Source: Mobula hypostoma | Lineage: Eukaryota | DNA length: 64,000 nucleotides | Reading direction: 5' to 3' | NCBI RefSeq assembly: GCF_963921235.1 | Contig: NC_086108.1 | Coordinates: 101,930,001 to 101,994,000 of the forward strand | Part shown: piece by piece, positions 1 to 12,641 of the stretch | Layout of the letters: every line of letters starts with the position of its first letter | Position numbering within the stretch: the first letter of the stretch is position 1 | Position numbers and translations under genes: made by a program | Notes under the pieces: generated by a model | The model's database searches: none | What the model saw: only the letters and a program-made list of their open reading frames with translations | Told to the model about the DNA's origin: nothing

Positions 1-3000
1 TGTTTACCAGGGAAACATCATATCCATATTGATCCAACTATTGCACCAGTCATGCATGCCCCGAGAAAGATTCCAGTAGCTCTCAGGGATCAAGTAGTGG
101 AGGAGCTACACAGAATGGAACAGATGGGAGTCATAACAAGACAAATACAACTGACTGACTGGGTCAATAGTATGGTGACAGCGGTCACAGAAAAAAGACG
201 AGGATTTGCATGGATCCACAAGATCTCAACCAAGCCATCAGAAGAGAGCACTATCCGCTGCTCACAGTTGAAGAGGTTGTCTCCCTTATGCCTAATGCGA
301 AATCCTTTTCAGTATTAGACGCAAATCAAGGTTTCCGGCAGATCAAGCTGGATGAAGAAAGTTCCAAATTATGCACTTTCAACACGCCCATAGGGAGATA
401 TCATTTCCTGCGTCTACCCTTTGGGATTTCTTCTGCATCAGAGGTATTCCAGAGATCCGTGGTACAAATGATTGAAGGCCTGGACGGGTTGGTCAACATC
501 ATTGATGATTTGCTGATATGGGCTGACACAATTGAGGAACATGATCAGAGACTGAGGAAGCTCCTGGAGAGAGCACGTGAGTACAACCTAAAACTGAACA
601 AAAGTAAATGTAAGATCAGAACTACAGAGATCACATACATAGGTCATGTACTCAGTGCTGATGGGATAAAACCAGATGTTGAAAAGGTCAGAGCTGTGGT
701 ACAGCTACCACCACCCAAAGACAAACAAGAACTATTGAGGTTGATGGGCACGATACAGTATCTTGCCAAATTCATTCCCAACTTATCAGAGGTCAGCGCT
801 CCACTCCGAAAGCTACTAGAGAGCAACACTGAATGGCATTGGGAAGATGCACAAAAGAAAAGTTTTGACACATTGAAGCAGTTGGTTACCAATGCACCAG
901 TACTCAAGTTCTATGATGTCAATAAACCGGTGACGATGTCTGTGGATGCCAGTTCGGAAGGAATAGGAGCTGTTATACTGCAGGATGGGAGGCTTGTGGT
1001 GTATGGATCACGAGCACTTACAGACTGTCAATGCCGATATGCTCAAATTGAGAAGGTATTACTCACCATAGTTTATGGGTGTGAGAAGTTTCACCAATAT
1101 GTATATGGCAAAGACATCCAGGTTGATAGTGATCACGAACCACTTGAGAGCATCTTCAAAAAGCCACTCCACTAAGCTCCTATGAGGCTGCAAAGGATGC
1201 TTCTCAGGCTACAGAGGTACACTCTCACAATCACCTATAAGCCAGGAAAAGAACTGTACATTGCTGATGCTTTGAGCCGTGCTTACCTCAAAGAGCAAAA
1301 GGAAGAGTTGCTAGGAAGAGAGCTGGAGGTCAACCGGGTTACACCTCAGCTACCCATCTCTGAGGAGAAGTTGAACATGTTCAGGAAAGCGACTGCAGAT
1401 GATCCTGAAATGCAAATGCTAAGAGACATTACAATGAATGGATGACTAACAGAAAGAAAAGATGTTCCAAAGGAAATGCAGAAATACTGGACATTTAAAG
1501 AGGAAATCAGCTTTGCATCAGGACTAATGTTCAAAATGGCAAAACTCATCGTACCAATCCAAATGAGACAGGAGATGCTCAACAGAATTCATGAGTCACA
1601 CCCGGGGATAGTGAAATGTAAAGAAAGAGCAAGGGACATTCTCCATTGGCCAGGCATGTCAACTCAGATAGAAGACATTGTGTCTCAGTGTGTTGCCTGT
1701 AATGGAAACAAAACAACAATCCAAGTGAGCCTCTGCTTCCCCACCCACTACCAGGAAGACCATGGGAGAAGATTGGCACAGATCTCTTTCACTACAATGG
1801 TGCAGAATATCTGCTTTGTGTGGACTACTATTCAAAATATCCGGAGATCACCAAGTTAAGTGACACATCCAGTCAAGGTGTCATTACCGCAATGAAGTCG
1901 ACATTCGCAAGACATTCTCGTTAGTGACAATGGTCCACAATATGCCAGTGGTGAGTTCAAAGGGTTCTCAGAAAGCTGGGAATTTCAACATGTTACTTCC
2001 AGTCCAGGGCACGCTCAGTCTAATGGACAAGCAGAGAGAACTGTACAAACTGTCAGGAACATGCTCAAGAAGGCACATAGCAGCAACGGTGACCCCTACA
2101 TCGCTCTGCTTGAATACTGCAACACACCGATTGAGGGTGTGGGGTTCTGTCCTGTGCAGCTGTTGATGGGACGTCGTCTGAAGTCCAAACTGCCAACATC
2201 CACAACTCTACTGACTCCTGAAGGTAATGCTCAAGTACATGACAAGCAAAAGTACGAGTAAATAAAGCAAAAGAGCTACTATGACAGATATACAAGACAG
2301 TTTCCAGATCTGCAAAGAGGTGAAAATGTCATAATACAGAGAGGAGACACTGGGCAACCAGCTGTGGTTGTGAACAGACATCAGCAACCAAGACCCTTCA
2401 TAGTTCGCACACCAGATGTAGGAGTCTACAGGAGGAACAGGAAGCATCTACTGAAGACAGGCGAGAGGGAGTTTCCACGTACAGATGCACAGGACATTTC
2501 CACATACACAGACATGGAAACAAACGACACCAAGAGTGATGCAGACCGCAAGGACACAGAGGCCACTCGAGAGACTGACCCTGATGAAGGACAAGCACAG
2601 TCACAGTTGTATCACACACGGTCTGGGAGACAAGCCAAACTTCCAGCTAGATACAGAGACTAGACATACATACAGTCTCACTTTCTAAGTCACACTTGTC
2701 GTAAATTCCAAGGTGTGAAATGAAAGGTTTATTAGTCGATGTTAGTAAAAGAAAATACACTGCTGTTAGTATTGTAAGATACAATGCAGAATACAGTACA
2801 GGGCAAGATTATTTTTAGTTTATGTCATGGTTGTTGCGCTGTAAGAAGGGCATACCTAGAGGCATTGTTTTGGTAATTCACAGTGTTGTAAAAAGAAAAA
2901 AAAATCTTGAGAAGTGGGATGTAATGTATTGTGTGGGTATTCGTAGCATCAGAGTGCGTATGACGTCAGGACGGGGAGAAGTGAAAATGGAAGTGTGGTG

Positions 3001-3053
3001 AATAAACGTGGTTGTTCAATCTACAGAGGTGTCCGAGTCACATCAATATTACA
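1..3053 (+). mobile_element. Ty3/Gypsy LTR retrotransposon, 3' part (decayed pol RT-RNaseH-integrase, PPT, 3' LTR)
   Basis: RT motifs (LDANQGFRQI, RLPFGISSASEVFQ, IIDDLLIW), RNase H (VDASSEGIGAVILQ, YAQIEK), integrase zinc finger (HESHPG...CVAC) and core. Broken by stops at 1173 and 1443 and by frameshifts. A purine tract precedes the LTR. Confidence 0.95.
2920..3053 (+). repeat. Short (134 bp) 3' LTR of the Gypsy element
   Basis: TGTAAT...ATTACA inverted termini; AATAAA at 3001; preceded by PPT-like GAGAAGTGGGA; the flank matches an uninterrupted paralogous site at 39710. Confidence 0.8.
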
Positions 3054-4973
3054 CAGTGGACTAGTCTCTGCCTCCATTTATTCCCATACTTCACTTTCAG
3101 TCTGTTAACCGATCCCCAATCCTTACTAGCATCTTATATGCACGCTAACTTATCTTTTGTGGTTTAGAGTTTCAGAATGTAATGACATCTTGTGTGTCAC
3201 CATATCCATTGACAGGTTCTCCTTAATCCAATTAAACCTCAAAAAACAGATTAATTAAACATTGGTTCCCTTTCAGAAACCCTTGTTGACTCTGCTTAAT
3301 TCTATCGCTTTTTTCTACGTGCTTTTGCAACCACATCCGGCTTTCTGCTCGCTGCTGATGTAAGGCTGACCAGTTTACAGCTCCTTGTTTTCTCCCGAAC
3401 TTCTTTTGTAAACAATAACAAAACACTTGCTGCTTCTGTTCTGTGGGGACCATTCTGTATTCCACTTAGTTTTGGGAGATAACAAACAGGGCACTTACTA
3501 TTTCCATGGCTGCCTCTTTTTTACATCGGGATGCAGGTTATCAGTCCTATGAATCTCTCTAATTTTTTTAATCAGTGCGATTTCCTTTCAATTTCCCCTT
3601 CAATCCCAACTGTTTGTTCTTTATTGTTTCTGGGAGTTTTCTTTGTCCTCTTCCATGGCGGCACACACAATATATCAGTTTAGTTTCTCTGCCATTTCCT
3701 TATTTCGCAATATATCACTCAGCAAAATCTACAAAGATTACTTTCTCTTTTGTGTTTATATCCCTGCACAAGCACTTAAAATCTGTTTTTATGTACCTCC
3801 CCAGATTTCTCATATTCTACTTTTCCTTTCCTACCATTTCTTGGCTCTGCTGAAATCAAAAATCCTGATAGAATCAGAATTAGGTTTAATTGTCACTGAC
3901 GTATGTTGTGAAGATTGTGTAATGTTATTTTCTGTACACAAGTGTAAAGCAGAACAAAACAAGTTACTCTGGAACTGATGCAGCACAAAAAAGACATGAA
4001 ATATAAGGAACACAATAATAATAAAAAATAATAAATGCAAATACATAAGAGAGCTTGTATACATACTAGATTGATTGTATGCCCACAGAGTGACATTAGG
4101 TTGTACATAAGGTGACTGACAGGAAATAATAAACTAGTGGTGGAGTTTGTGAGTGGATGTGTTGGTCAACTGTATTGTTTGGGGAAAAATAACTGTTTTT
4201 GAGTCTGGTAGTCCTGGTGTGGATGTTACATAGTCTCCTCCCTGATGGGAGTGAGAAAAACAGTCCAAGAATAGGATGGGTATGATCCTTAATGAAGTCA
4301 CTGGCCCTTTTCAGGAACCTGTCTGTATACATGTCCTTGATGATGGGTAGGCTGGTAGACTCCAGCAATATATGGAACAAGAGCTGCCAGATGTTCAAGT
4401 TGGTTTTAGAAGAGGCAGAGTCACCAGAGATCAAATTGCTAGATAACAGAGAAATTGAGGGAATTCCAGAAAAGTATTTATTTATGTTTTATTGACTACT
4501 CTAAAGTCTTTGACAGTGTGGATCATAATAAACTATGGCAAATTCTTAAAGAAATGGGGATACCTGGACATCTGATCTGCCTTATGAGAAACTAGTAGGA
4601 AGATCAAGAAGCAACAGTTAAAACTGAACACGGAACAACAAACTGGTTCAAGATTGGGAAAAGAGTACAATAAGGCTGCATATACTGTCATCTTATTTAA
4701 TCTAAATGCTGAACACATCATGAGGAATGCTGGTCTAGAGGATTCAAATGTTGGAATCAAAATGCCGGATGAAATATTAACAACCTCAGATATGCAGATG
4801 ATACTACTCTAATGGCTGAAAGTGAGGAGGATCTGAGGAAGCTTCTATTCAAAGTGAAAGAAGAAAGTGCAAAAGCTGGCTTGTTGCTCAATATTAAAAC
4901 AACCAAGATTATGTTGACCAGCCCTATTAACTCCATGGCAATAAATGGAAAGGAAGTGGAAGCAGTGATGGAT
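3054..4973. repeat. Inverted segmental duplication, copy A (partner 37776-39710)
   Basis: Reverse complement aligns by eye across shared CR1/Rex1/RTE junctions. Confidence 0.9.
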
Positions 4974-5550
4974 TCCTCAGTTCAATGATTTCTGTAGATG
5001 GTAACTGCAGCCACGAAATTAAACTGTGCTCACTTCTGGGGAGGCAGCAATGGCAAATGTAGATAAAACACTGAATAGCAGAGACATAATAGTGTCTACA
5101 AAGATCCGTACAGTCAAGTCTATAGTATTTCCAGTCAGGATGTACGGCTGTGAGAGCCGGTCTATTAGTAAGGCTGAATACAGAAGAATCAACGCCTTTG
5201 ATCTTGGATGCTGGAGGAAAGTGTTAAGGGTTCTTTGAACAGCAAGAAGATCCAAGAAGTCAATACTTGAAGAAATAGAGCCAGACTGCTCTCTAGGAGG
5301 CTTGATTATGAGACAAAAGCTCAGATATTTTGGCCACATCATGAGAAGACAGGATTCCTTGAAGAAGACTCTTACGTTAGTTAATAAGAAGGTAAAAGAA
5401 GGAGAGGGCAATAAAAACTACGATGGATAGATAATATTACTCAGACAATGCGTATGACCTTGAGGGATCTTAGAGAGACAGTTTCCAACAAGAAGATTTG
5501 GTGAGCAGGAGTCCATGAGGTCGGATTCAACTTCATGACTGAACAACAAG
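4357..5550 (+). mobile_element. RTE-clade LINE (BovB-like), 3' fragment
   Basis: Decayed RT (..VDHNKLWQILKEMG.., NINNLRYADDT, MYGCES, INAFDLGCWRKVLRV); 3' end GTCCATGAGGTCGGA...GACTGAACAACAA. Confidence 0.88.
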
Positions 5551-6058
5551 GATGCTCCTCAATGCCACCTGAGATTTTGCCTTCAACAGTCTAGTCATGA
5601 TATTTATAGATGGTGGTTAAGTTGTAGTTAGCCACACAGTCATAGTGTAGAGAGAGTAGAACAATGGGCCAAGTACACATCGTTGAGGTGCACCTGTGTT
5701 GATTATCAGAGACAAGGAGATATCATTAACAATTCTCATTGACTGTGGGCTTGTGAGGAAGAAGTCAGGGATCCAATTGCAGACAGAAGTACAGAGGCCC
5801 AGGTTCCAATGCTTGTTGATTAGTACTAAGGAGTAATGGTGTTGAATGTGGAGATGTAATCAATAACCATCATAAATATTCATAAATAAACATCATAAAT
5901 ATTGCTGTTGTCCAGGTGGTCGAGAGCTGAGAGGAGAGCCAGTGAGATTGACCTGCTGTATAACCATTGTGCAGGCAGGCATATTGCAGTGGGGCAGGTC
6001 CTTGCTCAGCTTGGAGTTCATTTTAGCCATGAGCAATCTCTCAAGGCACTTCATCACA

Positions 6059-6127
6059 GTGTGTGTGTGTGTGTGTGTGCGCGCGTGCGCGCGTTTGTTT
6101 GTTTGTTTGTTTGTTTATGTATGTATG
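6059..6127. repeat. Compound microsatellite (GT)n(GC)n(GTTT)n
   Basis: Seen directly in the sequence. Confidence 0.95.
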
Positions 6128-7599
6128 TGAGTGCCCACTGGGCGATAGTTGTTGAAACAGATCACCATGCTCTTTTTGAGCACCAGTATGATTGCTGTCC
6201 TTTGAAGCAGGTGGGAACCTACCTTTGACCATAACAATGAGAAATTGAAGATGTCCTTGACTACTCCGGTCTGCTGGTTATCACAGTGTTTCCCTGCACG
6301 AATACACTGCCAGGTATACAATTGGTGCCTGATACCTTGCAGCAGTTCACCTTTTTGCAGGAGGTTTTGAAGTTGGCCTCTGAGATAGTATTTCTAGATG
6401 CTGGAGGATTTCACACAGGCATTGTGTTATTCTCACTGAGCTCATCTGGCAGTGAAGCATCACGACCATTTATGTTGCTAGGTTTCAACTTAAAGGAAGC
6501 AATGGCATGTGAGTAACTGACCATTCTGTCATGCAACATCCAAACCTGTTACCTTTTTTCTCTGACTGTATTATCTAAGTCATCCTCATCCATTCTCATT
6601 CCAGATATATATTCATTCTGCGCAGCAACCTCTGTTTTTGAACAGCTGATCACACAATGCAGCTCCTCATTCCTAAAGCTTTTCCACTATCTGCAAGGTA
6701 TCAGTCAAAAGAGTGATGAAATTACCCTCATTTGCTTGGATGAATGCAGTTACAACAACACCCTAAAAGCTGGACACCATACAAGTCAGAACAGCTTGTA
6801 AGACATCCAATCCACCAGCTAAAACACAGCTCTCCATCTTAAGTGTTCCTCTTGGATGACTTGCTTCTAGTTTGGTGCGTTGAGTTATGAGTTGACTATA
6901 TAGCCCTCTGTGAGGCAGCTGATATTTAAATGGTTAGAGATGTTGAAGACATTCTAAACATCACCACATCATCCAGATCTGCAACCACTGTTACCAAGAA
7001 GGAACTGAAATGTTAACTTTTTCTTTCCAGAGATGGTACATGACTTATTGAAAGACATTTTCTGTTTGTGTTATCAGTGACAGAAAATTAATGCCTTTCG
7101 CTCATAATCACATGCACCCTGACTCGTTGGAAATGCAGTATATTTCTGTTCCTTCCATATCGTTGGGTGTTGCATATCATTCATATAAATCAATTCTGTA
7201 ACAGTTTATTAAGACAGAGCAAGGTAAAATAATAACAGAATGCAGAATAAGGTGCTGCAATTACAGAGAAAGTGCAGTGCAGGCATACAGTAAGGCACAA
7301 GGTCATGACAATGTAGATTGTGAGATGAAGAGTCCATGTTATCATGTTAGAAAGCATTCCCAAGAGTGTTACAACAGTGAGACAGAAGCTGCCCTTCAGC
7401 CTGTGGTATGTGCTTTCAGCCTGCTGAATCTTCTACCCAGAGGGAGAGGGAAGAAGAGAGAATGTCCAGGATGGTGGAATTTTTGATGATGGTTAGCCAT
7501 TTTTCTTGATATTTAGTGACATAAAGCATTGAACAGGCCCTTCTGCCCATCTGGCCTATTCATGCTGTCCAGCAACACCTAAACATGCCTCCTTCGATT

Positions 7600-7745
7600 T
7601 TAATCCTACCCTAAGTATGGGGCAATTTACAATGAACAATTAACTTACCAAACTTACCAACAGGTAGATCTTTGGACTGTGGGAAATAACCAGAGCACCT
7701 GGAGGAAACCCACATGGTCATGGGGAGAATGAACAAACTCCCTCT
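7600..7745 (-). mobile_element. V-SINE (HE1-like) core fragment
   Basis: Minus strand reads GGAGTTTGTTCATTCTCCCC...GTGGGTTTCCTCCAGGTGCTCTGGTT...CCCACAGTCCAAAGAT, the V-domain pattern. Confidence 0.7.
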
Positions 7746-7944
7746 AGGCAGTGGATGGAAGAAGTGTGGAGGGATTTCATGGAGGTGAAGTAGGCTTCCG
7801 TCATGTGCTGAGGAACATCCACAACTCTCTGCAGAGCAGTAACAGTGCAGTCTCCTCCTCATTTCCTCATAGTTGATTCCATTTTCCCCTCAACACCAAT
7901 CTCCTGCCTTCTCTCCACATCCCTTCATGCCCTGCTTTCTATAA

Positions 7945-9130
7945 AGACGAGGAAATCTGCAGATGCTGGATCGAAACAACACACACAAAATGCTGGAGGA
8001 GCTCAGCAGGTCAGGCAGCATCTATGGAAAGGAGTAATGGTCAATGTTTCGGGCCGAGACCTTTCATCAGGACTGGAAAAAAAAGATGAGAAGTTAAAGC
8101 AAGAATGTGGGGGAGAGGAGGAAGAAGTACAAGGTGGTAGGTGACGGATGAAACCAGGAGAGGGGGAGAAGTGAAGTAAAGTACTGGGAAATTGATTGGT
8201 GAAAAGATAAAAGGCTGGAAAAGGAGAATCTGAAAGGAGACAGGAGAAGTCTATGGAAAAAATGGAAGGGGAGGAGTGTCACAGAGAGATGATGGGCAGG
8301 TAGGGCGATAAGGTGAGAGGAAAATGGGAATGGGAATGGTGAAGGGGATGCCATTACCGGGTATGGAGATAAGGTGAGAGAGGAGAATGGGAATGGTGAA
8401 GGGGGCAGTTCAAGAAATCGATATTCATCCCATCAGGTTAGAGGTTACCCAAATGGAATATAAGGTGTTGCCACTCCAACCATTGTGTTGCCGCTCCAAC
8501 CATAGTGTGGCCTAATTGCAGCAATAGAGGAGGCCATGGACTGACATGTTGGAATGGGAAGTACAATTGAAATGGGTGGCCACCGGGAAATCCTGCTTTT
8601 TCTGGCAGACAGAGTGTAAGTGCTCAGGAAAATAGTCTTCCAAACTACTTTGGATCTCACCAATATACAGGAGGCCACACCAGGAGCACTGGATACAGTA
8701 GATGACACCAACAAACTCACAGATAAAGTATCGCCTCACCTGGAAAGATTGTTTGTGGCCCTGGATGGCTGTGAGGGAGGAGGTGTAGGGGCATATATGG
8801 CACTTGTTCCCCTTGCAAGGATGAGTATCAGAAGGGAGATCAGTGAGGAAGAACGAATGGACAAGGGAGTCTCATAGGGAGATATTAGGGGGGAGGAAAA
8901 AATCTGCTTGGTGGTGGGATCCTATTGGAGATGGTGGAAGTTACAGATAATTATGTACTGGATGCAAAGGCTACTGGGATTGTAGGTGACCACCCTCTCT
9001 CCTGGTTTCACCTATAACCTACTACATTGTACTTCATCCTCCCTTCCTCTAACCTTCTTGCTCTAACCTCACATCTTTTTTTCCAAATCTGATGAAGGTC
9101 CTTGGCCCAAAACGTCGACTCTTTACTCTT
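7945..9130 (-). mobile_element. Penelope-like element 3' part (GIY-YIG endonuclease remnant, pLTR, inverted pLTR fragment)
   Basis: ORF 8512-8739: GVIYCIQCSWCGLLYIGE...EHLHSV...PVATHFN; pLTR with hammerhead core at ~8039-8074 (-) and an inverted piece at 9089-9120 (+). Confidence 0.85.
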
Positions 9131-9134
9131 GTTA

Positions 9135-10720
9135 TTTGCAGTTTCTTTCTCTTGCAGTTGCGATTACAAGGGAGAAGGAGCTCAAAAAACTAAAAGACAT
9201 TAAGATATATAAGTCACCAGCGCCAGATGAACTGTATCCTAGCATTCTGAGAGACGCAGTGGTAGAGATTGTGGAGGCATTAGAAATTACCTTTCAAGAA
9301 TCTATTGGACTCTGGCATGGTTCCAGAGGACTGGAAAATGCAAATGTCACTTCACTCTGGAGTGACCTCAGTGGTTGGAAAGATGGTGGAGTCAATTATT
9401 AAGGATGAGGTTATGGAGTACTTGGTGACACAGGACATGAAGGACAAAATTTTGCCTGATGAACCTGTTGGAATTATTTGATGATTACAAGTAGGATAGA
9501 TAAAGGGGATGTAGTGGATATTGTATATTTAAATTTTGGGAAGGCCTTTGACAAGGTGCCACACATGAGGCTGTTTACCAAATAAAAAGCCCGTGATATT
9601 ACAGGAAAGTTTCTATCATGATTAGAGCTTTAGCAGATTGGTAGGAGGCAGTGAGTGGGAATAAGAGCATCTTATATAGTTGGCTGCCAGTGACTAGTGG
9701 CGTTACACAGGTCAGAGTAGGAACGGCTTCTTTTTATGCTGTATATCAAAGATTTGGATGATGGAATAGATCTTTGATGCCAAGTTCGCAAATGATACGA
9801 ACATTGGTGGAGGGGGAGATAGTGCTGGGGAAACAGAAAAGCAGCAGAAGGATTTGGACAGATTAGGAGAATAGGCAAGAGAGTGGTAAATAAAATGCAA
9901 TTTTGGAAAATGCATGGCCAAGCACTTTGGTAGTAGAAATAAATGTGAGGACTATTTTCTAAACGGGGAGAAATCCAAAAATCTGAGATGCAAAGAGATT
10001 TGGGAGTTCTTGTGCAGAACACTCTAAGGGTTAATTTGCAGGTTGAGTCGATGGTGAGAAAAGCAAATGCAATGTTAGCATTCATTTTAAGTGGTCTGAA
10101 ATACAAGAGGAGGGATGTGATGCTGAGGTTTATAAGGCACTGGTGAGGCCTCTCCTTGAGTATTCTGAACAGTTTTGGGCTCCTCATCTAAGAAAAGATA
10201 TGCTGATATTGCAGAAGGTTCTTAGGAGGTTCACAAGTATGATTTTGGGAATGAAGGGATTATCATATGAGGAACATTTGATGGCTCTGGGCCTGTAATC
10301 ACTGGAATTTAGAAGGATAAGGTAGGATCTCATTGAAACCTTTTGAATGTTGAAAGTCCTAGACAAAGTCGATGTGGAAAGGATGTTTCCCATGGCTGGG
10401 GAGTCTAGAACAAGAGGACGCAGCCTCAGGATAGAGAGGCGTCCATTGAAAGCACAAATGCAGAGAAATTTCTTTTGCTGGAGGGTGGGGAATTCTTGGA
10501 ATTTGTTATCACATGCAGCTGTGGAGGCCAGGTCAGGTCGTTGGATGTATTTAAGGCAGAGATTGATAGATTGGCCACAATATCAAAGGTTACAGGGTGA
10601 AGGTCGCGGAGTGGGGCTAAGGAGGGGGAAGAAAAAGGATCAGCCATGTTCGAATGGTGGAGCAGACTCCATGGGCCAAGTGGCCTAATTCTGATCCTAT
10701 GTCTTATGGTTTTATGATCT
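9135..10720 (+). mobile_element. CR1 LINE, decayed 3' ORF2 and tail
   Basis: KSPAPDELYP, KAFDKVPH, LEY.EQFWAPHLRKD-type motifs; (TCTTATGG)n-like tail. Confidence 0.85.
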
Positions 10721-11383
10721 TATACCCTTAGTGGCCACTTTTTTAGGTACAGGAGGTACCTAATACAATAGCCACCGAGTGTACATCCTCAAAGAATTCC
10801 ATTAGATTGTTCAAAAGTTTTTTGCCTTTCTTTAATCCATGTTAATTCTCTTAAATCTCATTACTATTTTCTAATAGTTTGATACCATAACCTGAAATTA
10901 TTAATTTCAGCATTTACCACACCATTGGGTCCCTGCTTTCTCTCTTTCTCCTTCTTAACTACACAGTCACATTTTCTACCCTCTTATCAGGAAAAATGAT
11001 TGCAAAATCAGTAGAATTGAGGAAGATTATAACCATAGCACCACTGCCCTTCTCTGTCAGTCAAAGTTTCAAAGATTCAAAGTACATTGATTATCAAAGT
11101 ACATATGCAGTATACAACCCTGAGATTCATCTTCCCTACAGATAACCATGAATCATAAAAAGCATGAAAGTGAAAAACATCAACACCCCCACTTCCATAC
11201 ATGAAAGAAACAAATCATGCAAACAGCAAGCAAAAAATACAGAATATAAAACACAAAACTGAAAGATTCTAGGTATATTCAGTTCTATTCAGTTTGTTAT
11301 CTGAAGGCCGCCATGATCAAAATTGCCCAAAATAGCAACAGAAAGCGGGGTGACCAGAAACCAGAAACACATCATAATGTGAA

Positions 11384-12641
11384 TGTTATGTACCCCTAGG
11401 GTTCATGTTTTCTGTGGACTGTCACTTTAAAATGCTGGGAGAATGAGATTGACTTTTGGACACTGTTTGAGCTGCTCCAGAGAAAGAGAGAGAGAGAGGT
11501 GGAGTCATTTGATGGACAATCAATGTTATGGTTTCGCTGCAGCTTGTTTTGAATATACAAGGACACAGAGACACACAGTTAGAGTCAAGATGGATTCTGT
11601 CAATGGAAGTCACCAGTGAGTTGGTCACTGGTTTAAACTTCCAGTAGCCCAGGGGTGAGTTGAGATCGATCCTGAGTATTGATAACTGACTCTCACAAGT
11701 TTTCTGCAACTAGAACAAGTTTGCAGGAAGGGAAGAGAGGATAGATAGGTTTAAAACAGAAGAAACCTAGTGACAAAGAGATCACTGTTTGGACTCTCTC
11801 TCTAAGTAGCCCGTGGGGGTGAGTTTGTTTCCATTCGACTACGAAAGTGTGATTGTCACTTAGTTAATCCACAGGAGAGGGTTCTCTGGTGAGGGGAAAA
11901 CCTTTGTGAATACCACATGTGTGTTTACCCTTTGTCTGGGTGTGGTAGTTCACTGAAGAAAGGCACCCCTGTGGCAAATCACTGTTGGAGTTATTTTGTA
12001 TGTCGTGGAACTGGATAAGTGGCTATCACGTTGTGTGCTTGGGGTAACCTTGTGGAATCTACTGGTGTGTCGACCCTGGCCTGGGCGGTGGTTCTCTTGA
12101 AGCGGGTCTCCTTTGTGGTCAGCTACACTGGTGATAATCCATAGGTGGATTCTGTTTGAGTATCCTGTGGCCATCACTTTGAGATGTCCTGTAGCTGAAT
12201 TCGGGTGTGGTACCACATGTGTTGAAAGGATATTCATTGAAGATTACTGTCGGTATGGAACAACTTCGGAGATAAAACCTGCTTATATTGCTATCTCATA
12301 TTGCTGTCATGGAATCTGTGAAATATTGACATAATTGCCTTCTCACAACATTCGCCTTTGGATTACAAACATCTCGCATCAATTAACCTGTGTATCTTAA
12401 CTGAACTTTTCTTACCTATCATTGTTAAGACTGTATCACTTCTCAGCTAAGCTTGATGAAGCTTGGTTTTTATATTTCCACACCTACATATGCATAATCT
12501 CTGCTAACCTGTTTGATTTTTCTGGTTTTATGTTATTTTATTACATAGTTACTAATAAAATAAAATTAGTTAGCAGCAAAACCAGACTCCAGGTGTGTTC
12601 CATTTCTGCTGGTTCTTTAACCCGTTGCGGGGTACATAACA
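11384..12641 (+). mobile_element. Solo LTR (1258 bp)
   Basis: 13-bp perfect inverted termini TGTTATGTACCCC...GGGGTACATAACA; 5-bp TSD GTGAA (11379-11383, 12642-12646); AATAAA near the 3' end. Confidence 0.88.

Larger units (their letters stand above)
3880..6540 (-). mobile_element. Rex1/Babar-like LINE fragments interrupted by the RTE
   Basis: 3' motif SLPSGRRL...TRTTRLKNSYF (4096-4350); minus-strand RT remnants GAPQ.CVL.PL (~5660-5700) and CFNNYRPV (~6140-6200). Confidence 0.7.
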
